Shown in pieces: positions 11,181 through 20,833 of a DNA stretch of 64,000 nt. Below the pieces are notes generated by a model. It was not told the DNA's origin, did not search any database, and was given only the letters and a program-made list of their open reading frames with translations. Source of the stretch: Chitinophagales bacterium. GTDB taxonomy: Bacteria; Bacteroidota; Bacteroidia; Chitinophagales; LD1. The stretch lies in the NCBI GenBank assembly GCA_016787045.1, contig JAEUVA010000010.1, positions 100,531-164,530 of the forward strand. The letters are read 5' to 3'. Both the position numbers and the translations under genes were made by a program. Each line of letters begins with the position of its first letter. Position 1 is the stretch's first letter.

Positions 11181-12596
11181 TTAGTCAAATAGATTATTCA
11201 TTGTAACACACTGCTGAATGTTGCCGGTGTGTGTATTCTCTTTTAGCCCGAAAGTGGTTACCAAAACAAGATGATATGTTTTGTTGATTGCCGATTCTGA
11301 TGCAAATGTGTTGACCTTTGTTTGTAACACTTTCTGATAACGCTTATCCACCACAAACTCACCTATAGAAAATTTCATTTCACATAAATTCACCACACCA
11401 TCTTTTCTGTCAATTACCAAATCAATTTGTGCGCCATCAATACTGCCGGAGCTTCGCCATGAAGAAACTTCGGTTTCAATGCCGCTGATTCCAAGTGCAT
11501 TTTTGATTTGCTCTACATGCCATAAGCACACTTGTTCAAAAGCATATCCGCTCCATGCGCGGTACTGTGGGGAGTTAAATTTCTTTAGCCAATAATTCTT
11601 TTCGTTTGTGGAATTCTTATCCATAAATTTCAAATGAAACAACGTGAACACATCGCATAACTGATATAAGCTATCGCGTTTTTTTTTGCCTATTTGCGCA
11701 TATCTTCTGACAAAGCCACTTTCTTCTAATTCTTCTAACAAGCGAGTTAAACCTCCACCATTTGCCAAACCGCTTATGTCGGCAATTTCCTGTCGTGTTA
11801 AACCCTTATCTTTTCTGGCTAAAGCAAAAACAATGGCTTCGTGCCTTTCGGCTTTGTAGAAAATAGATTGATACAACACCTGAAACTCATCCACCAACAA
11901 TCCATTTTTATCAAAGCATAAATGTTGTATGATTTGAGCTACACTCTTTCCTTTTGAAATTCCATTCCAGTAATAAGGAATGCCGCCTAATGTCATGTAT
12001 AGTTGCAGTAATTGATAGCGGTCAATTTTCAGCCCTTTGTATTTGGCATAATCTTCGCACTCAATTAGGGTGAACGGCTCCAACTTAATGCGCTGCGTAA
12101 CGCGGTTATGCAAGCCGCCTTTATTTTTAATCAGCTTATTGAGCATCCACGATGCAGCAGAACCGCAAACAATTAGCATCACATCTTTGCGTGCCGAAGC
12201 CCAACTGTTCCAAAAGTGCTCCAACTGTTGAACAAAACCGGAATGCAGGGTATCAAACCACGGTAATTCATCTATAAATATCACTTTCTTTTTCTGCTTA
12301 GATTTAGCAATAACTTTCTTCAGCAAGTCAAATGCTTCTGCCCAATTCCGTGCTTGTTTCCTTTTATAGCGTGGTTGTTGCGAAGCTAAAGAGCGATTAA
12401 ACGCCTCTAACTGGATTTGCAGATTGGCATTTGCCACACCGGTGAGTTGGAGCGTAAATTTCTTCTCAAATACCTGCCTTATCAGAAAGGTTTTCCCTAC
12501 TCTCCTTCTGCCATACACCGCCACAAACTCTGATTGGTTAGATGCAATTTTCTCTTCTAAAATTTTGATTTCCGCTTTTCTCCCGATGATTTCCAT
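11181..12596 (-). CDS. AAA-type ATPase with a wHTH and nuclease-like C-terminal region (archaeal-ATPase/DUF234-like architecture)
   Basis: Walker A YGRRRVGKTF, Walker B VIFIDELPW. C-terminal D..E.K-type motif (QIDLVIDRKDGVVNLCEMKF). Confidence 0.7.
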   Translation of the reverse strand: MEIIGRKAEIKILEEKIASNQSEFVAVYGRRRVGKTFLIRQVFEKKFTLQLTGVANANLQIQLEAFNRSLASQQPRYKRKQARNWAEAFDLLKKVIAKSKQKKKVIFIDELPWFDTLHSGFVQQLEHFWNSWASARKDVMLIVCGSAASWMLNKLIKNKGGLHNRVTQRIKLEPFTLIECEDYAKYKGLKIDRYQLLQLYMTLGGIPYYWNGISKGKSVAQIIQHLCFDKNGLLVDEFQVLYQSIFYKAERHEAIVFALARKDKGLTRQEIADISGLANGGGLTRLLEELEESGFVRRYAQIGKKKRDSLYQLCDVFTLFHLKFMDKNSTNEKNYWLKKFNSPQYRAWSGYAFEQVCLWHVEQIKNALGISGIETEVSSWRSSGSIDGAQIDLVIDRKDGVVNLCEMKFSIGEFVVDKRYQKVLQTKVNTFASESAINKTYHLVLVTTFGLKENTHTGNIQQCVTMNNLFD

Positions 12597-12604
12597 AAAA
12601 ATTA

Positions 12605-12648
12605 AACTTGGCTATAAGTGGGTTAAAAATACTACTTATAGCCAAGTT
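12605..12648. repeat. 44-nt hairpin element 8 nt upstream of the ATPase ATG (inverted copy of 11132-11175)
   Basis: Same 12-bp stem. The loop AGTGGGTTAAAAATACTACT contains the reverse complement of the TTTTTAACCCACT core. Confidence 0.85.
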
Positions 12649-12666
12649 GAGAAATTTATTTTTCAC

Positions 12667-13674
12667 TTACACGTATGCAGAAGGCGATTTGCCAGTCCAC
12701 TTTTTAAAGGCAGAAGAGAACGAACTGATTTCGCTAAAGCCCAACAAATACGCTATTTCACTAATGTTGAGTGCATGAGCTTTAAGGTGTGTGATGGCAA
12801 TATCTCTTCGCACCTCATCGGTAAGTTCACGAAAAGTTTTGTTTTCGTTTTTGAGTTTTAGTTGCAAGGTACGTGTGCTCATGTTTAGGGCAGCAGCTAC
12901 TTCTTCAATGGTAGGCAAATCGCCTTTTATGCGTTTGCTCAGTTCTTCTTTCACTTTTCGGCTGATGTTGTCTTCACCGGCTATTTGCTGCAAACTTTCA
13001 GTTGCCATTTTATCAAACATGGCATAGAGTTGTTCGTTGGCATTGAGCAGCGGTATGTGGGTTAATGCAGCATCATATACCATTTTATTTTGTAGCGCAT
13101 TGAAATAGAATTTTGTTCTTCCTTCAAACACTTCATCAAAACATTTCATGCTTTGGGGCTGAGCGTTTTCAAAGTGAACTTCCAATGGCAGTTGCTTGCC
13201 GGGCATTAGCTTTAATATGTTGTAAGTGAAGCCGAGTACATACATTTCCATATTAAACCTATCAGAGAAAGTGCGTGGCAGTGTTCTTTCAAAAATCAAA
13301 TTCACCTGATTGCCTGTTTCTAAATGGAAGTTGTAAACATTGGTATGCAACTTAGTGTAGCGCACAAAATTTTCAAATGCTTTAATAAAGTTTGGAGAAT
13401 TTAAAACCACATAACCGGCCACACCAAACACACCCATATTAAAGCGTTCCATAATGCGAAAAGCAATTTCATCTTCAGGAATATACTTTACCATCACCTT
13501 CCAGAATTTGTCGTTCCACTCGGCAGGGTTGAGCCGATACTCCGGTGGTAGTTTATCCAAATCCATTCCGGCTTCGGCATACATTTTTTGCTTATAGAAA
13601 CCAAAACTCGCCACCGTTTCAAAACTTTGGCGATACATGGCAGCGATGGTGTATGGTGGGCTATTCAAGGACAT
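12667..13674 (-). CDS. AraC/XylS family transcriptional regulator
   Basis: C-terminal double HTH: STRTLQLKLKNENKTFRELTDEVRRDIAITHL...ISEIAYLLGFSEISSFSSAFKKWTGKSPSAY. Confidence 0.85.
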   Translation of the reverse strand: MSLNSPPYTIAAMYRQSFETVASFGFYKQKMYAEAGMDLDKLPPEYRLNPAEWNDKFWKVMVKYIPEDEIAFRIMERFNMGVFGVAGYVVLNSPNFIKAFENFVRYTKLHTNVYNFHLETGNQVNLIFERTLPRTFSDRFNMEMYVLGFTYNILKLMPGKQLPLEVHFENAQPQSMKCFDEVFEGRTKFYFNALQNKMVYDAALTHIPLLNANEQLYAMFDKMATESLQQIAGEDNISRKVKEELSKRIKGDLPTIEEVAAALNMSTRTLQLKLKNENKTFRELTDEVRRDIAITHLKAHALNISEIAYLLGFSEISSFSSAFKKWTGKSPSAYV

Positions 13675-13766
13675 ATTAATTACTCAACAGTAAACTGCAC
13701 AATAATGTTTGTGGTGATTTTTATATCAACTGTAAGTTTTTTCCAAGATATGTTAGTAGCGCTGCA

Positions 13767-15374
13767 TTAAGCATCAGCCATTCTCTGTACCAAAGACTTT
13801 ATCTCCACTCCGGATTTTTTTGGAATATTATCCATAGCATATTCTGCAAAAGTAGTAATGGTAAGCGAGGGGTTTACGCCTAAATTGCAAGGCATTATAG
13901 AACCATCTAAGATGTACATATTCGGATAACCATGTGCGCGGAAATAATCATCTACTACACCATCATCTTTTGTTTTGCCCATAGGGCAGCCGCCAAGTAT
14001 GTGTGCTGTAGAGGCCAAACCCATGGTCACTTCTGTTAGCGCATTCATGGGTATGCCGTTTACTTTTTTGGCAAAGCGATACAGCGCTTCTTGGCCAATG
14101 GGGATAAAGGTGGGTACCGGTTGTTTGCTCTCGTTCACCATCGTCATTCGCGAACCAAAGAGGCCGCGTTTGAGTTTGAGCTGCATGCTGTTTTCCAGCG
14201 TTTGCATAATCAGAAAAATAATGCCTTTATCTGCTGGAGCTTTGGTGAAAAATAACTTGAAGAAGGTAATCGGCTTACTTAAAATTTGCCCCACTAATTT
14301 TGCAGTTCGTACGGCCGGAGTGCCGTTGCCTACAGCCAGTGTGCCGAGGTGCATCATTGCTCCGCTGCCATTGGCAAACTTGCAAACTTCTATGTTGGTG
14401 TTTTCGTCTGGCGAAAACACACGGCTGATGGATAATCCGTTATTGAGTTTACGATCGGCTCCGCCAACACCACTCAGCATCTCTGAATTAGTAAGTATGT
14501 TATCGCCAAGCTTATCGCTCAAATTGGGCAGTGTTTTATGGATGTACTTTTGTTTTAAAAGTAAGTCCATAGTACCCAACACTCCACCGGCCACAACTAA
14601 ACCGGATGATTTAAAAACACGTTCGTTTGTTTTTAAAAGGGAAGTAGAAGATTGTGTATGTACCCAATACTCGCCTTCTGAGTATTCTATTTTAGTTACC
14701 AGTGTTTCAGCTTCCACTTTTGCACCAAACATGTTTTCAGCAAACCACAGGTAGTTTTTATCTAAAGTGTTTTTTGCCCCGTGTCGGCAACCTGTCATGC
14801 AGGCCGCACATTCTGTACAGCCCTTGCGCAGCGGGCCAAGGCCCTTAAAATAAGGGTCGGTTTCTTTTTGTGTGTCACCCAAATATACGCCCACTCCATC
14901 TACACTTTTAAACGAATGGCCATGTCCCATTTCTTCGGCTACTTCGCGCAACACTATATCCTCTGCATTGTCTTTAGTGTACTGTGTGGAGCCGAGCATA
15001 AATTGCGCCCGCTTAAAGTAGGGTGCCAGTACCGTTTTCCAGTCTTTAAAATGCGACCAAAGTTTATTGGTGTAAAAATTTTCTTTCGGCAACATGTGAG
15101 TGTTGGCATAAACTAATGAACCACCGCCCACGCCCACGCCACTTATTACAAAAACTTCTTTAAAAAAGGTGAGTTTTTGAAAACCAAACCATTTCAACAG
15201 CGGCATCCAAAGGTACTTGGGCAGGTTCCAGTCGGTATGCGGAAAGTCTTTTTCTTTCCACCGCTTTCCTTTTTCGAGCACTAATACGCTATAACCCTTT
15301 TCTGCCAGTCGCATGGCGCTCACACTTCCGCCAAACCCGGAGCCAATTACGATGTAGTCATATTTCTGAGGCAT
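13767..15374 (-). CDS. GMC-family FAD-dependent oxidoreductase (cholesterol-oxidase-like)
   Basis: N-terminal YDYIVIGSGFGGSVSAMRLAEKGYSVLVLEKG is an FAD-binding GxGxxG motif. 535 aa. C-terminal ILDGSIMPCNLGVNPSLTI. Confidence 0.8.
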   Translation of the reverse strand: MPQKYDYIVIGSGFGGSVSAMRLAEKGYSVLVLEKGKRWKEKDFPHTDWNLPKYLWMPLLKWFGFQKLTFFKEVFVISGVGVGGGSLVYANTHMLPKENFYTNKLWSHFKDWKTVLAPYFKRAQFMLGSTQYTKDNAEDIVLREVAEEMGHGHSFKSVDGVGVYLGDTQKETDPYFKGLGPLRKGCTECAACMTGCRHGAKNTLDKNYLWFAENMFGAKVEAETLVTKIEYSEGEYWVHTQSSTSLLKTNERVFKSSGLVVAGGVLGTMDLLLKQKYIHKTLPNLSDKLGDNILTNSEMLSGVGGADRKLNNGLSISRVFSPDENTNIEVCKFANGSGAMMHLGTLAVGNGTPAVRTAKLVGQILSKPITFFKLFFTKAPADKGIIFLIMQTLENSMQLKLKRGLFGSRMTMVNESKQPVPTFIPIGQEALYRFAKKVNGIPMNALTEVTMGLASTAHILGGCPMGKTKDDGVVDDYFRAHGYPNMYILDGSIMPCNLGVNPSLTITTFAEYAMDNIPKKSGVEIKSLVQRMADA

Positions 15375-15378
15375 GTGA

Positions 15379-16035
15379 TTAATTTTTAAAATACGGAAAC
15401 CGCTTGGCAGTTTTCTTTAGCAGTAAGTCCATCAACGCATCGGCATCGGTAAAAGAGCCCCGCGAAATATCTTTTTTAAAACTCCAGATGAGCTCACCTT
15501 TTTGCCCTTCGTAGAGCATAAACGTACCGCTGCTTTCGTTGTTTGGGGCATTAACCCCTGCAAAATATACGAGCGCTAAACCAACCTCTTGCGAGAGTAT
15601 TTTATCTGTATGTATTTCGCCAAAAAGTACCGCATCTACCTCTAGCATTTTGGCAATTTCATCTTTGGTAAAATTGGCTAAAGTGTCTAAAGAAATGTTT
15701 TGTCTGCGCATCAGCAGGTTGGTTTTATCGGGGTCTTGCACGGTTACTGTCATTCCTGCCTTACCGCTTTCGCGCATCAAAAAATGATACATACTTCTTT
15801 GGCAAGTGAGCGCATCGCGTTTAGCATAAGTCGCCAAACTATCTTTAGGTATTTGTTCATCCTCTAATATCAAAGCGCTCTCATCATAACTTATTTTCAT
15901 GGGCAAAACGGCAATCATCTTGTGCGATGCCGTTAGTACTTTTACGTTGGGATGCTCAAACACTGTTGCCGGTTGAGCAAACAGTGGAGTGTTGCACATT
16001 GTATAGAAACAAATCAAAAATATAATCAAGCGCAT
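15379..16035 (-). CDS. hypothetical secreted protein
   Basis: Signal peptide MRLIIFLICFYTMCNTPLFAQ. 4 nt from the downstream GMC oxidoreductase start, so probably cotranscribed. Confidence 0.55.
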   Translation of the reverse strand: MRLIIFLICFYTMCNTPLFAQPATVFEHPNVKVLTASHKMIAVLPMKISYDESALILEDEQIPKDSLATYAKRDALTCQRSMYHFLMRESGKAGMTVTVQDPDKTNLLMRRQNISLDTLANFTKDEIAKMLEVDAVLFGEIHTDKILSQEVGLALVYFAGVNAPNNESSGTFMLYEGQKGELIWSFKKDISRGSFTDADALMDLLLKKTAKRFPYFKN

Positions 16036-16075
16036 AGGTCAAATACTTTTTTCCGAAAATAGAAAACAGGTTGGA

Positions 16076-17275
16076 TTATTCTTTTGTTTCAAATGTAACG
16101 CGCGCGGTGTATAGGTTTTCTACACTCATTGCCAAACGAAAATACCCTGAAAGAACTTGATTTTGTTCATCGTAGTTGATGTGGCTAAATGCGTATCTCA
16201 AACTCTCAGTTGTTAATGCAGTAGAGAAGTTAACTTCTATAATAATATGCTCAAATCCGTTAACCGTAAAACTACGGTCTTCTTTAGCAGAGTAACTGGT
16301 TTCAGTAATCGGCAACAAAGAAGAGTTACTCTCTACAAAACGGTCAAACACCAAATGTTCGGCTTTAATAACAAATGAAGTGCCGGCTTCGTTATCGCAT
16401 TTAAATGCAAATGGAATTTTGATACTGCCGGCCATGGGGTTTTGGCTCCAGTTTTTCATGCGGTTGCTGCTCTCGTGCATTAGCCCAATGAGCCATGTTT
16501 TAGTATTTGAAAAATCATTTTTGTTGGCCTTGAGCCACCACACCCACTCGTATGGGTGCAACTCCGGGTGGCAACTGTGGTTGCAGTCTAAACAGTAGGT
16601 GCCATAAAAGCCCATGGTGGGGTGGTTGGTTTCAAAATTTGGGTGCTGTGCCAAACTCTTAGTCTCCGGTAAGGTGGGATAAAACAGATAGTTTAACTGC
16701 GGCCTAAAAGCACGAGGAGGTGTAAGCTCACAATGCAAGCGATAATTGCGAATGTCTATCAAGGAAGTATCGCGCACAAACGGAATAGAGTCGTAGTTGC
16801 GGTGGTGCGATTTACGAATGTCTTGCCTTCCTATCTTTTTTTGCAAATCGTACGCATAAAATATTTTATCTAAGTATTTTTTTAAATGAAAGTTGAGGTC
16901 AAAGTTGATGTCGTACTCAGTGTATTCTTCTGTACTGCTTTTGCTATTGCGCACCACAGTGCCTACAAATTTTTGTTTTTGCATATCTATGGCTCGCCAG
17001 TTGTATCCGCCAAAAGCGTGTATCATCCAACCCACTAAAAACACTTTGTGGTGTTGCTTTCGTTTTTCAATCATTGAGTCCAGTAAAGCGGGTTCTGCCA
17101 AATCCGTAATCCACTCATGGATAGTATCGTTGGTGGCAATGGCATGGTTAGGTTGCAGCAAATAGTTAAAATCAGCAGGAGTACTGTGGCGCGTATCAAT
17201 CAATAAACTTGTTTGTGCGCAAAGTGTTTGCACTAATATTGCCGTGGCTAAAAGCCAACCGTATTTTACCTGCAT
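16076..17275 (-). CDS. hypothetical secreted protein (His/Cys-rich central region)
   Basis: Signal peptide MQVKYGWLLATAILVQTLCAQ after moving the start from TTG 17311 to ATG 17275. Contains CLDCNHSCHPELHPYEW. No family recognised. Confidence 0.55.
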   Translation of the reverse strand: MQVKYGWLLATAILVQTLCAQTSLLIDTRHSTPADFNYLLQPNHAIATNDTIHEWITDLAEPALLDSMIEKRKQHHKVFLVGWMIHAFGGYNWRAIDMQKQKFVGTVVRNSKSSTEEYTEYDINFDLNFHLKKYLDKIFYAYDLQKKIGRQDIRKSHHRNYDSIPFVRDTSLIDIRNYRLHCELTPPRAFRPQLNYLFYPTLPETKSLAQHPNFETNHPTMGFYGTYCLDCNHSCHPELHPYEWVWWLKANKNDFSNTKTWLIGLMHESSNRMKNWSQNPMAGSIKIPFAFKCDNEAGTSFVIKAEHLVFDRFVESNSSLLPITETSYSAKEDRSFTVNGFEHIIIEVNFSTALTTESLRYAFSHINYDEQNQVLSGYFRLAMSVENLYTARVTFETKE

Positions 17276-17316
17276 GGGAACAATTATCTTTAAACTTTTT
17301 GCAACACCCAATTAAC

Positions 17317-18408
17317 ATGCCCGATAAATTTCAGATACAACGTTTAAACGATTGGTTCCCATTAAACGATTGCCCATTAGTAATTGCCGGGCCTTGCAGT
17401 GCAGAAGGCGAGGAGCAGGTGATGAATACCGTTTTGCAAATTGTGGAGCACACACAAGGTAAAGTACAGATGATACGCGCAGGTATTTGGAAGCCCCGCA
17501 CTCGCCCCAATAGTTTTGAAGGCGTTGGCGAAATTGGTTTGCCCTGGGTGAAAAATGCAGGCCGCGCTGTGGGGCTACCTGTTACGGTAGAAGTGGCTAA
17601 CCCGGAGCATGTAGAGGCCGCGCTCAAAAATGAGATAGATGTGCTTTGGATAGGTGCACGCACCACAGTTTCGCCATTTGCCATACAAGAAATAGCGGAT
17701 GCTTTAAGAGGTGTAGATATTCCGGTATTAGTCAAAAACCCCATTAACCCTGATTTGGAGTTGTGGATTGGCGCCATGGAGCGGCTTAATCAGGCAGGAG
17801 TAAAAAAGTTGGGCGCCATACATCGTGGTTTTTCCTCGTACGAAAAAACAATTTACCGCAACCCACCTATGTGGGAAATACCTATTGAACTGCGCAGACG
17901 ATACCCGCAAATTCCCATCATACTTGACCCCAGCCACATGGGCGGCACTCGCGATTTGATAGCCACCCTGTCTCAACAAGGCATGGATATGGGTTTTGAT
18001 GGATTAATGATTGAAAGCCACATTAACCCCGATAAGGCGTGGAGCGATGCTAAGCAGCAGGTAACCCCACAGCGATTGGGCGAAATTTTGAACGCCCTGA
18101 TTGTACGCAAACCTACCATGGCAGATAGTGGTTTACAATCGCTACACGACCTGCGTGCCCGTATAGATAGAATAGATGATTATATTATTGAATTACTCGC
18201 AGAGCGAATGGGTATTTCTGAGCAGATAGGAGAGGTTAAAAAAGAAAATCAACTGGCTGTACACCAGAGTGCCCGCTGGGCTCAAATAGTAAAACGTGCT
18301 TTAGAAAAAGGCCAAACCGGTGGGCTTACCGAAGATTTTATTCTCAAGCTTTTTCAGCAAGTGCATAACGAAAGTATTCGCCACCAAAGTAAGGTGATGG
18401 GATTGTAG
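17317..18408 (+). CDS. bifunctional 3-deoxy-7-phosphoheptulonate (DAHP) synthase / chorismate mutase type II
   Basis: N-terminal type I-beta DAHPS/KDO8PS-like barrel (LVIAGPCSAE, ILDPSHMGG). C-terminal chorismate mutase helices (LRARIDRIDDYIIELLAERMGISEQIGEVK). Start moved to ATG 17317. Confidence 0.8.
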   Translation: MPDKFQIQRLNDWFPLNDCPLVIAGPCSAEGEEQVMNTVLQIVEHTQGKVQMIRAGIWKPRTRPNSFEGVGEIGLPWVKNAGRAVGLPVTVEVANPEHVEAALKNEIDVLWIGARTTVSPFAIQEIADALRGVDIPVLVKNPINPDLELWIGAMERLNQAGVKKLGAIHRGFSSYEKTIYRNPPMWEIPIELRRRYPQIPIILDPSHMGGTRDLIATLSQQGMDMGFDGLMIESHINPDKAWSDAKQQVTPQRLGEILNALIVRKPTMADSGLQSLHDLRARIDRIDDYIIELLAERMGISEQIGEVKKENQLAVHQSARWAQIVKRALEKGQTGGLTEDFILKLFQQVHNESIRHQSKVMGL

Positions 18409-18419
18409 GGGGAATGTTT

Positions 18420-19787
18420 TTACCCTAACCCTGCCTCTTTGATAGCGCTCACGTAATCAAATCGCTCTAACAGTCCGGTATCAAACTTGCCTGAGCGAAA
18501 CTCTTCGTTATCCATTAACACAATGTGAAAGGGAATAGTGGTTTTTACGCCTTCAATAATAAATTCATCCATAGCCCGCTTCATTTTTACAATACATTCT
18601 TCACGGGTTTTGGCGCGGCAAATTACTTTGGCCAACATACTATCGTAGTAAGGTGGAATGGTATAACCCGCATAAATGTGTGTATCCACCCGAACTCCAT
18701 AACCTTTTGGGGTGTGCAGGGCAGTAATTTTTCCGGGGCTGGGGGCAAAATTATTGAGCGGGTCTTCGGCATTTACGCGGCACTCTATGGCGTGCATTTT
18801 TTCAGGAAAATACAACATGCCTGAAATAGGCGTACCCGCTGCTATAGTAATTTGCTCTTTGATTAAGTCAAAATCCATCACCTCTTCGGTTACGGTATGC
18901 TCAACTTGTATGCGGGTGTTCATTTCCATAAAGTAGAAGTTCTTATCTCTATCTACCAGAAATTCTACAGTGCCCACACTTTCGTAATTAATGGCTTTCA
19001 CCGCTTTCACGGCTGCTGCTCCCATTTTTTTGCGCAGCGCTTCGTCCACAAATGGCGATGGGGCTTCTTCTACCAATTTTTGGTGCCTGCGCTGTACCGA
19101 GCAATCGCGCTCGCTCAAGTGGCAGGCCTCGCCATATTGGTCACCGGCTACTTGTATTTCTATATGGTGTGGCTCTACTATAAATTTCTCCATGTACACC
19201 CCATCGTTACCAAACGAAGCACCGGCTTCGGTCCGTGCCATGTTGTAGGCGTTTTCTAAGCCCTTTTCGTCCCACACTATGCGCATGCCTTTGCCACCGC
19301 CACCGGCAGTCGCTTTCAAAATAACCGGGTAGCCAATCCGCACCGCATCTTTTTTGGCATCTTCTATACTTTCCACCAAACCCTCGCTGCCGGGTATGCA
19401 GGGCACACCGGCTTTAAGCATGGTTTCTTTGGCAGTTATTTTATCGCCCATGGCGCGTATCATATCGCCTTTTGGGCCAATAAATTTGATTTTGTATTGT
19501 GCGCACAAATCACTGAACTCGGCATTTTCGGCCAAAAAGCCATAGCCCGGATGAATGGCATCGGCATTGGTCAACTCTGCCACGGCCATAATGTTTTTCA
19601 TGTTCAGGTAAGAATCTTTGCTTTTGGGTGGGCCTATGCACACGGCTTCATCGGCAAAACGCACGTGCAAGCTATCGCGATCGGCAGTAGAGTACACGGC
19701 CACGGTTTTAATGCCCATTTCTTTACAAGTGCGAATAATGCGCAGGGCAATTTCGCCCCGGTTGGCAATCAGTACTTTTTTAAACAT
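18420..19787 (-). CDS. accC: acetyl-CoA carboxylase biotin carboxylase subunit
   Basis: [26 protein letters not shown]..., ATP-grasp [24 protein letters not shown]. 455 aa. Confidence 0.9.
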   Translation of the reverse strand: MFKKVLIANRGEIALRIIRTCKEMGIKTVAVYSTADRDSLHVRFADEAVCIGPPKSKDSYLNMKNIMAVAELTNADAIHPGYGFLAENAEFSDLCAQYKIKFIGPKGDMIRAMGDKITAKETMLKAGVPCIPGSEGLVESIEDAKKDAVRIGYPVILKATAGGGGKGMRIVWDEKGLENAYNMARTEAGASFGNDGVYMEKFIVEPHHIEIQVAGDQYGEACHLSERDCSVQRRHQKLVEEAPSPFVDEALRKKMGAAAVKAVKAINYESVGTVEFLVDRDKNFYFMEMNTRIQVEHTVTEEVMDFDLIKEQITIAAGTPISGMLYFPEKMHAIECRVNAEDPLNNFAPSPGKITALHTPKGYGVRVDTHIYAGYTIPPYYDSMLAKVICRAKTREECIVKMKRAMDEFIIEGVKTTIPFHIVLMDNEEFRSGKFDTGLLERFDYVSAIKEAGLG

Positions 19788-19978
19788 GGCGCAAGTTTAG
19801 TATTTAGCCCGAAGTGTAGTATCACTTTACCCAAAAAACCATTTCATAATTTGCCCAAAGCGTATATATTTGCCGCCCGCTTGCCGAAAAGGCAGGCGCT
19901 TTTTTTCGCCAAGCCGTGTGGTTAGGGATAAAACAGTGGGGATAGAAAAGCCGAAGCGTTCATCTATAAATTTGCGCT

Positions 19979-20509
19979 GTGAAGGGACTAAGGGAGTTTG
20001 AAATACCATACATCGGGCTAAAAATCGGCATACACCGGTTTGAATACGATATAGATGGCCAATTTTTTCGCCACTTTGAAGATTCTCCCATTAAGGAGTG
20101 CAAAGTGAGGGTAAAAGTGGAGTTTGAAAAAAAGGAAACGTTCTTTATTATCAAGTTTTTTGTTGACGGCACAGTAAGTGTAGAGTGCGACCGCTGCCTG
20201 GTTCCGTTTGATAAAGAGATTTTTGGTGATTATACCTTATACGTAAAGTTTGCCGAAGACCCCAATGCTTTAGCACATGAAGATGAGGTGCTCTTTATTA
20301 GCCGCGATGAACCGATTATAGACTTGGCGCAGCCGGTTTACGAGTACATTAACCTTTGCCTGCCTATGCAGGTGGTGCACCCCAAAAAGCCCAATGGCGA
20401 AGAGGGCTGCGACCCGGAGGTGCTCAAAATCCTCAACAAAAAACCCGAAGCTAAACCTACCGATGAAATTGACCCTCGTTGGGCAGTGCTCAAAAACCTT
20501 AAAAATTAG
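19979..20509 (+). CDS. yceD: DUF177/YceD-family protein (large-subunit rRNA accumulation protein)
   Basis: Lies immediately upstream of rpmF, as is typical. Contains CDRCL...PF and a conserved acidic C-terminus. GTG start is uncertain. Confidence 0.7.
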   Translation: MKGLREFEIPYIGLKIGIHRFEYDIDGQFFRHFEDSPIKECKVRVKVEFEKKETFFIIKFFVDGTVSVECDRCLVPFDKEIFGDYTLYVKFAEDPNALAHEDEVLFISRDEPIIDLAQPVYEYINLCLPMQVVHPKKPNGEEGCDPEVLKILNKKPEAKPTDEIDPRWAVLKNLKN

Positions 20510-20544
20510 AAACAAATTATTTGACCATCACAAAAACGTAAGTC

Positions 20545-20730
20545 ATGCCAAATCCAAAACACAAAATCTCTAAACAAAGAAGAGACAAGCGCAGAACTCA
20601 CTACAAAGCAGAAGCACCCACTTTGGGAGTGGATCAAACCACTAACGAAACGCACTTGCTGCACAGAGCACACGAAAGCGAAGGCAAACTCTACTACCGC
20701 GGCAAAGTGGTCATGGAGTTGAAAAAATAA
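20545..20730 (+). CDS. rpmF: 50S ribosomal protein L32
   Basis: [21 protein letters not shown] is a typical L32 N-terminus. 61 aa. Confidence 0.9.
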   Translation: MPNPKHKISKQRRDKRRTHYKAEAPTLGVDQTTNETHLLHRAHESEGKLYYRGKVVMELKK

Positions 20731-20754
20731 CCCCCAAAGAGCTATTTTTTTTTG

Positions 20755-20783
20755 CCCGTTCGGTTCGCTGAACGGGTTTTTTT
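20755..20783 (+). terminator. rho-independent terminator after rpmF
   Basis: Stem CCCGTTC / GAACGGG with an 8-nt loop, followed by T7. Confidence 0.75.
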
Positions 20784-20833
20784 GTTTGTAGGTGGTACCT
20801 ACTGTTCAACTCATTAATTAATTGCAAGCAATC

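Noticed and set aside
12424-12861. Plus-strand 145-aa ORF spanning the ATPase 5' end, the hairpin repeat and the AraC 3' end. The minus-strand ORF 22238-22495, which crosses the palindrome, is similar.
   Set aside because: Both run antisense to well-supported genes and straight through the non-coding palindromes. Their sequences are low-complexity and unprotein-like.
13975-14754. 259-aa plus-strand ORF inside the GMC oxidoreductase gene. Similar long antisense ORFs lie inside nrdJ, groEL, accC and the permease gene.
   Set aside because: All lie antisense to genes with strong family motifs and have biased, low-complexity composition. They are treated as shadow ORFs.
18420-19978. accC lacks an adjacent accB (biotin carboxyl carrier protein) gene.
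   Set aside because: The gene order differs from the common accB-accC pair, but accB may simply be elsewhere in the genome. This cannot be judged from the window.
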